Shown here piece by piece: positions 1-9,000 of a stretch of DNA of 64,000 nucleotides (position 1 is its first letter; each line of letters opens with the position of its first letter). The DNA comes from an uncultured Solirubrobacterales bacterium (GTDB lineage Bacteria; Actinomycetota; Thermoleophilia; Solirubrobacterales; Solirubrobacteraceae), in the NCBI GenBank assembly GCA_963774785.1, contig CAVZGH010000001.1, positions 1,862,811 through 1,926,810 on the forward strand, read 5' to 3'. Below the pieces are notes generated by a model that was not told the DNA's origin, did no database searches, and saw only the letters and a program-made list of their open reading frames with translations. The position numbers and the translations under genes are program-made.

Positions 1-5
1 GACAC

Positions 6-1019
6 ATGCGGGGCCGCGCGACGGTCATGCCAACCTTCCGACGCAAGCGGCTGCAGGAACACACCATAGAGATCAACGAGATCGTTGAACGCGGGGTCTC
101 ATCCTGGCCGACCGACACCATCTTTGCGGCTCACCCGCGTCTTCGCGCGCTGACGCTCAGGGTGATCCTGACGAGCATCTTCGAGGGCGAGGAGATCTTG
201 ATCGATGAGCTCCACCGGCGGCTACTGATCGTGTTCTCCGCGACGGCGAGCCTCGTGCTGCGCGAGTCCTGGCTCAGATACCTACCGGGATGGCACGCAA
301 CCTGGAGGGAGTTCCTCAGGCAACGCAACCTCTCAGACGAGCTGATCTTCTCGCTGATCAAGCGCAGACGCCTGGAAGGCAGCGACCGCGACGACCTTCT
401 GGACCGGCTACGCAAGTTGACAAACCCCGATGGCTCGGCTGTAACCGACCAGCAGGTCCGCGACCACCTGCTCTCGGTGATCCTCGCCGGGCACGAGACA
501 ACCGCCTCCGAGCTCGCCTGGGCCATGCAGCTCTTGGCCCACAACCATCCGATCCAGGAATGCCTTATCGAGCAGCTCGCAAGCGATGAGGACACGCCGT
601 ATCTGAGGGCCACGGTCCAGGAGGTGCTGCGCGACCGCCCCGTGTTCCTCTTCACGATCCCGCGCGAGGTAGTGGCGCCGATCGAGATCGGACGCTACAC
701 CTACCCTCCACCGGTACAGCTACTCGGCTGCATCTACCTACTGCACCACGACCCCGATCTTTACCCCGAACCCCACCAGTTCCGCCCGGAGCGCTTCCTA
801 CAAGCCCTACCATCGCCCCTCACGTGGCTCCCTTGGGGAGGAGGGCGCAAGCGGTGCCCGGGACAGCATCTCGCCACCCTGGAGATGGAGACGGTGCTAC
901 GAACAATACTCGGCAAGTGGACCATCGAGCCCGCCAGCGAGCAGATCGAGCGCGCACGCTGGCGCAGCGTGATCGTCACGCCGAGCGAAGGATCGCGAGT
1001 CATTCTACGGCGGCGCTAG
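6..1019 (+). CDS. Cytochrome P450 (5' end probably lies before the window)
   Basis: I-helix AGHETT, ExxR (EVLR), PERF and heme motif PWGGGRKRCPG; too short for a full P450 and open to the window edge. Confidence 0.93.
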   Translation: MRGRATVMPTFRRKRLQEHTIEINEIVERGVSSWPTDTIFAAHPRLRALTLRVILTSIFEGEEILIDELHRRLLIVFSATASLVLRESWLRYLPGWHATWREFLRQRNLSDELIFSLIKRRRLEGSDRDDLLDRLRKLTNPDGSAVTDQQVRDHLLSVILAGHETTASELAWAMQLLAHNHPIQECLIEQLASDEDTPYLRATVQEVLRDRPVFLFTIPREVVAPIEIGRYTYPPPVQLLGCIYLLHHDPDLYPEPHQFRPERFLQALPSPLTWLPWGGGRKRCPGQHLATLEMETVLRTILGKWTIEPASEQIERARWRSVIVTPSEGSRVILRRR

Positions 1020-1175
1020 CAGGCTCTCAGACATCGAAACCTTCGACCATGGTGAATGAATCTTGGGGTCGCCCAAATCCTTCGATCGGTCAAAATATAT
1101 CCAAAAGTCCAACAAACAAACTCCTCTAGTAGTAAACGAGTTTCTTGCTTTTCGACGATTCGCTATGGCAGGATC

Positions 1176-1574
1176 ATGGCCCCAATGGCCGGCAATACAA
1201 AAGGGGGGCAAGATCCCGATCACGAGCACAAGGGCATCGCGATCAACCTGACCTCGAGCCAGATCGACCAAGTAGTCCGCGGCGCTGCCGGAGTCGGCAA
1301 CATGTCCGTCCTCCTATCTGGGCATATCGACCGGCAGGAGATACTCGCGCACGAGTCCGAGCTACTCAAAGACCAAGACATGTCTGCCTCGCTCATGCGC
1401 GGCCTGCTGATCATCGCTGCCCTGCCCTCAGACGGAAGCTACATCGGGGTCGTCGAGCTCGCCAGGGCGCTGAACCTGAGCGCGAGTACCACCCATCGGT
1501 ACCTGGCTACGCTCGTACGCGTTGGTCTCGTTGAGAGGGACACCTCGTCGCGCAAGTACAGGCTGGCGAAATGA
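1176..1574 (+). CDS. Small protein with a C-terminal IclR-type HTH and no effector domain
   Basis: SLMRGLLII...GVVELARALNLSASTTHRYLATLVRVGLVERD..SRKYRL matches the IclR HTH; start at ATG 1176 or 1185. Confidence 0.8.
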   Translation: MAPMAGNTKGGQDPDHEHKGIAINLTSSQIDQVVRGAAGVGNMSVLLSGHIDRQEILAHESELLKDQDMSASLMRGLLIIAALPSDGSYIGVVELARALNLSASTTHRYLATLVRVGLVERDTSSRKYRLAK

Positions 1575-2074
1575 ACACACGGGGCAGGAACGCCGCGGAA
1601 GTCATCGACGGAGCCTCACGAGCCTTCAGGCGCCGGGAGGCAGACAGGTCCCGGGAGGCGGACAGGCCACCCGTGCCGTCGGCGGCCGGGATCGATGACT
1701 TTGAGCGCTGGTTGAAGGTCTCCGTGTTCTCGCCGCCTCGGCGGATGATCATTCCCGCAGAGATGGAGCTCGGTGGAACGGCCAGGCTCGCCGAGATGGT
1801 CGAGGTCGTACGCGCGGCGCTGCTCGCGTGCATGAGCGGCCTGGAGGACTGCAACGCACGGACCCGGCTCCATTGGTGCCAAGTCGAGGTGAGCAGTCGA
1901 CGTAGGCATGTTGACGAGCTCGATCGGGAGAAGCTCGCATTACGACGCGAGACCGAATCATGGGACGATAAGATCAGATGGCTACAGGAACTGCGTCTCT
2001 GGCTGGAGCACGCGCGAGCACGCCGCGAAGCTGCTCCTCTGGGCGGCAGCGAAAGCGGACGAGTCTGCGCATGA
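1571..2074 (+). CDS. Hypothetical protein
   Basis: ATGA overlaps with both neighbours (1571-1574 and 2071-2074), implying translational coupling. Confidence 0.6.
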   Translation: MNTRGRNAAEVIDGASRAFRRREADRSREADRPPVPSAAGIDDFERWLKVSVFSPPRRMIIPAEMELGGTARLAEMVEVVRAALLACMSGLEDCNARTRLHWCQVEVSSRRRHVDELDREKLALRRETESWDDKIRWLQELRLWLEHARARREAAPLGGSESGRVCA

Positions 2075-2936
2075 GCCCGCGACGCACCAGGGTCGGCCAC
2101 GACCGGCGCCCGAACGCTGGCTTACGCGAGCCGCGCTACTCGCAGTCGCTGGAGCGCGGACTGGCCATCCTCGGCTGCTTCAAACCCGAGCGTTCGGTGC
2201 TCGGGATCGCCGACATCGCCGACGGCCTCGAAATGAGCCGCTCGACCACGCACCGCTACGTGATAACGCTCGTCGCTCTCGGCTACCTCGAGCAGGGCGC
2301 ATCGCGCAAGTACCGTCTGGGACTGCGCGTCACCGACCTCGGGATGTCCGCGCTGAACTCCACCGGGCTGCGCGAGCATGCCCACCCCTACCTCGAGGAA
2401 CTGCGCCAGCGCACCTCCTACGCCACGAGTCTCGGCGTTCTCGAGGGCACAGACGTCCTCTACGTGGATCGTGTCCGCAGTTTCCGCCGCGGGCAGAGCA
2501 AAATCTGCCTCGGACTTGGCCCAGGATCCAAGCTGCCGGCGCACTGCACCGCGATGGGCAAGCTCCTGCTCGCACACTCCCCGACAGCGAGCAGATCTCG
2601 CTGACCGCCGAAATGCAACTCGACAAACACGGGCCCCACACGATCACGAGCGAGGACGCCCTCCTTGCGGAGCTCGACAAGATCTGTGGGGAGGGCATCG
2701 CGGTCAACGACCAAGAGTTCGCGCTGGATCTATACGCGATCGCCGCACCCCTGTGCAACGGGGAGGGCACGGTCGTGGCGGCGGTCAGCTTGACCGCCCA
2801 TAGCTCGGCGACCTCGCTCAAGGAGATGGTGGACGCCCTCGGTCCGGGCCTCATCGCCACGGCTGACCGTATCTCAGCCCTTCAAGCCAGCGCGTTCGGG
2901 CCTAAGTCGGCCGCTGGCAGGGGCAACCAAATATGA
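2071..2936 (+). CDS. IclR-family transcriptional regulator (frameshift near 2575)
   Basis: YSQSLERGLAIL...SRSTTHRY HTH and LPAHCTAMGKLLLA in one frame; continues LPDSEQ...GIAVNDQEF..LYAIAAP..VAAVSL in another frame after a 1-nt loss. Confidence 0.85.
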
Positions 2937-2949
2937 AATCCTTGGGCCG

Positions 2950-2989
2950 TGTCAAATTATTTGACAGGAGAATGTCCATGCGGTAGGTT
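2950..2989 (+). promoter_or_regulatory. Sigma70-type promoter for the RHS gene with an overlapping palindromic operator
   Basis: TTGACA (2961-2966), 17 nt, TAGGTT (2984-2989); the perfect inverted repeat TGTCAAAT-T-ATTTGACA (2950-2966) covers the -35 box. Confidence 0.7.
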
Positions 2990-3038
2990 CGCCAAATCCG
3001 GCCAATCAGACCGGGCAAATCTCTTACGGGGGGTAGAC

Positions 3039-6000
3039 ATGAGGGCGGCTGTGCGGTTGGTCGTGGTGGGGCTTGTGGGGTGCGTGACGGGTCTCTCGGG
3101 TCTACCCGCACTAGCGTCTGGAGCAGGCTCGTCGTCTGGCAACTCGGTCGGCTCCCCCGAATCGCTTGGGACAGCATTGGTGGTGCCAGCGGCGCAGAAG
3201 CTAGATGAAGGTCAGCAAATCCGAGAAGGGCGGGAAGCGAAGCTGGCCAACCCGGAAGCCGTGGCTGAACGGGAACGCTCGCGTACGGCGTTCGGGGCCC
3301 TGAGTGGCTCTGAAGCGATTGCATTGGCTGAGCAGAAGTTTGGTATCGAGACGCCGCGATGGACGCCACCTGGGAGTCAAGAAGGTGCTCATATAACAAA
3401 GTACGTCGGTGAAGATAGTGCTCAGCAGACATCGGCAAGTGGGCAGCATTTGTTGCTTGAATCGAGCATTCCGCTGCGTAGTGCCGTGGGGTCGGGAGAA
3501 TTGGCGCCAGTGTCGCTCACTCTCAAGGAACATGGCACGTCCTGGACGCCGGCAAATCCCTTGGTGTCGGTCTCGATTTCTAAGAGCGCAGAAGGTGGGG
3601 TTTCTCTTCCGGTCGGGGTTGGTATTGCTCCAGAGCAGGCGTCGTCGCCGGAAGCCGCTGAAGTGGTGGGTAATCGTGTGATCTATCCAGGTACGGCGAA
3701 GGACACGGATTTTATGGTTGAACCGTTGCCCAGTGGTGTGGACACCTCGTGGCAGTTACGCTCGCAGCTAAGTTCACAGGAAAATGGCCTTGTGTTTACG
3801 CTTCCAGAAGGGGCTTCGTTGCAGCTGAGTACGAAAGTACCGGGTGGGGCTGAAATAGTAAAGGAAGGCCAAGCACTCGCTGTGATCCCTCCAGCCTTGG
3901 CGACCGAGGCGAATGGCGTTTCGATCCCTGTCACGTATACTATTTCAGGAAATATACTGACTACACATGTAGACTTGAGCGGCAGTATAGATTTCCCCGT
4001 GCTCGTAGATCCGACCATTGTTGGATACTTCGGTGCGACCAACGGATCAAATCTATGGAGTGGCTGGAAAACCCAGTCTAACTGTGGGTGTTTCGGAGAG
4101 TCAGAGTGGAGTAGCCTCCTGCTTGCAAACGCGAATCCAGGTTCACCATACGAAGCTTATGCCGAGTGGTATGTTTGGGCACCAGGTGCCGGTGCGCCTG
4201 GCGGAGCTGGGATTACTCGTGCGGATATAACCGGTCTCGGACACTACACAGGTACAGAAGAAACCACATTAGAAGTCGGTATCGATGAAAGCAACGGCAA
4301 TAATCCGGTGTATAGCTTTAACGGTACATACGGCGCCTATGGTCCCGACCCGCTTCAGACAGATGAACCGGAGGGTGATATTCCGGCTGCGTTTTGTGCC
4401 CAAGGAGCAGGTGGGCACGATGGAGGAGAACAGCCGCTCTGTGATGAGAGCTACTCTGGAACAAACTTCTCGATCAGCGACGAGATTGTCTCAAGTCCCC
4501 AAGTTTATTATACAGACGTTGAAATGAGCGGCGCGTCGTTAGTTTATCTCGATACGACGCCACCGACGGAAGCTACGCTCCGTAATCTTCCGTCCCAATG
4601 GGTGAAAGCCGGGCCAACTAATGACTACATAAGCTCCGGAGATCAGGGAGTCGGGGTTCAGGCTCTATCAGTCGAGATACCGCCAGGACACACCTCGGAA
4701 GGTCACCCATTCTTTGCCCAGGAATTCTCGTGTGGCGCAAATGGATTTACTGGCTGTCCGCAATCTGTAAACTCGGAATACGTTCCTCATCTCAATGAAT
4801 TGGCTACAGGCGCATACACGCTGGGTGTATATGCATACGACGCAGCTGGAAACATTCGGGAAGAGCAGCCTGATCCTAAACTCTACGTAGACCACACCGC
4901 ACCAACATTTACAGCCTTTACAGGCTCATTGAAGGAAGCAAACGGTGGTGTGATCGGCAGCGGGAACTATACGTTGAATTTTGGTGCTGAAGACGGGAGT
5001 ACAGGCGCTCCACAGTCCGGTGTAAAGTCAATCAAGGTTTATGTTGACGGCAGCAAAGTCAATGAAGTCAAAACCAGCTGCTCTGAACCAATCGGTGTGC
5101 CTTCATCTGGTTGCTTCGCGCTCAGCAGTAGCTGGACGATGGAAGGGCAGAAGTTTGGCGCTGGCGCGCACACTATCACGCTTACCGCGGTGGATTGGGC
5201 CGGTAACGAAAGTACCTCAGAATCCATCCACGTTACCGTTAATGAAGCATCGTACCAACCACTCGGGCCTGGAGCTGTCAATCTAAAGACTGGTGACTAC
5301 AAGCTGACCGCTTCGGACATAAACATTGCCGGTGCTGGTGGGAGCCTGACGCTGAGCCGCGCGTATGATTCTCGAGAGCTTTCGCAAGGCGCTGCCGGTC
5401 CGCTAGGGCCACAATGGGCATTGAGCTTGCCAGACGCCCCTGCTGACGGAGAGTGGCAGAGCCTGCAGGTGCTACCCAACGGAAGCGTGCAGACGACGGC
5501 GGCATCTGGGAACAAAGTTACGTTTGTCCCTAGCGGGAGTGGCTACACCTCTCCCGCTAGCTATCAGACGATCACGTTAAGTAAATTGAGTTCGTCAGAA
5601 TATCGTCTTACCGACGGAAATGGTGACGCGACGATCTTTACTAAGGCAAGTAGTACTGAAGAAGAAGCCCCGATATTTGTACCGAGCGGGGTGGTGCAGG
5701 CCACAGGGGCTGGTGGACTTAACTCTATGACGTATCTGTTCACTAAGACGACAGCGGGAATCATCGAGCCGACCGGAGTACTTGCCCCCTATCCCTCCAG
5801 CCTTAAATGCTCAGAAAAGCTCACTAAAAAAGAAGAACTCGTAACTGGATGCCGAGCTCTGGAGTTTTTCTATGCAGAAGCCACAAAGGAAAAAATAGGC
5901 GAAAACGAAACCGAATGGGGCGAATACAAAGGACGCCTTAAGGCTGTCAAGTTCGTCGCCTACGAACCGATCTCCAAAAAAATGGCCGCACCAATTACTG

Positions 6001-9000
6001 TCGCGGAATACGTCTACGACAAATTGGGCAGACTCCGAGCGGAGTGGAATCCTCAGCTTTCCACACCGCTCAAGACGATCTACGGCTACGACTCGGAAGG
6101 ACACGTGACAGTTGTAACCTCGCCGGGGCAGCAGCCGTGGGTTTTCACATACGGCACGACAGCAGCCGATTCGAGTACCGGTCGGTTGTTAAAGATCATG
6201 CGACCAGCTGTATCGACGAGTGCGTGGTCTGGCGTGCTACCGGTTAATACAACAGAACCAAAGCTCACGGGCTCCGCAGTAGTGGGGAATAAGCTGAGTG
6301 TCTCGGAAGGAAAATGGTCCGGTGCCCCTCTCACATATGGGTATCAATGGGAGCGGTGCACCGGCGGTAGCTGCGTAGCTATTCCAGGCGCCAATAATCA
6401 GAGCTATACACCTGTCACCAGCGATATTGGTCATACATTGGTAGCCCACGTAACAGCCACCAATGCTGGCGGCTCCGTGACGGCTGCCTCGGCCGTTAGT
6501 GGCGGTGTTGGATCAACAGCAGAAATCACCGAGTACGCAGTGCCCGCAAATAGTCAGCCGTATGAGCTTGCACTGGGACCAGACAAAAACGTGTGGTTCG
6601 CCGATCTCGCTACTGCCAAAATAGGCAAGACCACGACATCCGGGTCTACCACGGAATACTCGTTAGCAGCTAGCAGCGAACCCACAGGCATCGTCGCCGG
6701 TTCAGACGGAAATATATGGTTTACGGAGTTCGGTGCCAATAAGATTGGGAAGATCACCACGTCGGGTACGGTGAGTACGTATACGATCCCGACGTCTGGC
6801 AGCGAGCCTCTTGGTATCGCGGCGGGGCCGGGCGGGGAAGCTGCTCTATGGTTCACCGAGTGTGCAGCCAACAAGATTGGAAAGATCACCACAAGCGGCA
6901 CGATCACTGAATACACTGTCCCTGGTGGGGGCAATCCACGTGAAATCACTGCGGGCCCAGACGGCAATCTATGGTTTACGCAGACCAGCGGAAGCAAAAT
7001 TGGCAAGATCACGACTTCGGGAACCGTTACCGAATACTCGTTGCCAGCCGAGAGTGTGCCGTATAACATAACTGCTGGCCCTGATGGCAACCTGTGGTTC
7101 ACCGACGAGGGAACCTCCAAGATTGGGAAGATTACCACGGCAGGCACGATCACTGAATATTCACTTCCTACGGGCAGTACCCCGATTGGCATTAACTCAG
7201 GGCCTGGCAGTGACCTGTGGTTCACTGAGGATGGCGGAAATAAGATCGGTAAGATCACAACCAGCGGCGCTGTTACCGAATACCCGGTACCTACGAGTGC
7301 AAGCGGCGCATGGGACATAACAACCGGCGCCGACGGCAACCTCTGGTTCACCGAGCGCTCCTCAAGCAAGATCGGCACGCTTGATCCGACGAAGGTGGAA
7401 GGCGAACACACATCTCCAGCTCCCGGCTGGACAGTGGATTATAACATCCCTCTATCGGGTACGGGCCTGCCTACCATGACCAAAGCGGAAGTAGAAAAAT
7501 GGGGCCAGAAAGAAGACTTGCCAGTAGAAGGAACTGCGATCTTCCCACCAGACAAGCTCCAGAGCTGGCCGGCTAGCGAATACACCCGCGCCACCATCTA
7601 CTACCTCGACGGCTCCGAACGGACCGTCAACGTCTCAAGCCCAACCGGGGGGATCTCGACAACCGAATACGACAACCACAACAACGTCAAGCGTGCGCTG
7701 ACGGCAGATAACCGTGCACTGGCCCTAAAAGAAGCCAAACCGTCCGAAGCCGCTGAAAAACTCGATACGAAAAGCACCTATAACGCCGAAGGCACCGAGC
7801 TCGAAAGGACCCTTGGCCCCGAACACGAAATCAAGCTGCAGGGAGCGACAGAAGCGATCAAAGCACGAAAGCAGGTCAAGTACACCTATAACGAAGAAGG
7901 CGCCCCGTCTGGCGGACCGTATCGCCTCGTAACCAAGACTGTGGAAGCGGCGAAGCTCGCAAACGGTGAAGAAAAGGAACCGCGGACGATCACTGACTCC
8001 TATTCCGGCCAGGAAGGTCTTGGATGGAAGTTGCACCAGCCGACTTCCACAACGACCGCCCCTGGGGGCCTAAATCTAGTTCACAGTACAGTGTATAGTC
8101 CAACCACGGGGGCGGAGATCGAAACCCAGATGCCAACAGCTGCCGGGCAGATCGCGGAATATGCTCTTCCTTCGAACAGTGATCCTCAGGGTATCGCAAA
8201 GGGTCCTGATGGGAACCTGTGGTTTTCTGATTATGGTAGTAGCAAGGTTGGGAAGATCACCACATCGGGCGCGATCACAGAATACTCGCTGCCATCAGGC
8301 AGCGAGCCCCGCGGTCCTGTTACGGGCCCCGATGGCAACGTGTGGTTCATCGACTACGCGACCAGCAAGATCGGGAAGATAACCACGTCGGGCACGATCA
8401 CCGAATACGCTCTACCCGCTGGTAGCGAACCGTCCGGCATTACCGCCGGTCCCGACGGGAATCTGTGGTTCGTAAACGATGGCACAAGCAAGGTGGGGAA
8501 GATAACCACGTCGGGCACGATCACCGAATACGCTCTACCCGCAGGCAGCAATCCCCACGAGATCACTACAGGTCCCGACGGGAACTTATGGTTCACAGAC
8601 GCCACCAGCGGCAAGATTGGGAAGATCACCACATCGGGCGCGATCACTGAATACGCCCTGCCTTCAGGTAGCAGCCCCCACGAGATCACATCGGGCCCCG
8701 ACGGGAACCTATGGTTCGCGGACAATGGCACGAACAAGATTGGGAAGATAACCACGTCGGGCACGATCACCGAATACGCTCTACCCCCAGGCAGCGGGCC
8801 AAACGGCATTGCAGCTGGTACTGACGGTAACCTTTGGTTCACAGACAGCGAAAGCAACAAGATAGGTAGGATCACCACGTCAGGCACGGTCACCGAATAC
8901 GCTTTACCTGCAGGCAGCGGACCACACGAGATGACCTCGGGCCCGGACGGGAACCTGTGGTATGCCAACTACAGCACTAGCAAGATCGGCAAGATCAAAC

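Noticed and set aside
8145-9000. 126-bp DNA repeats as a DGR or non-coding array
   Set aside because: They are in-frame beta-propeller blades with mostly synonymous variation; no reverse transcriptase nearby.
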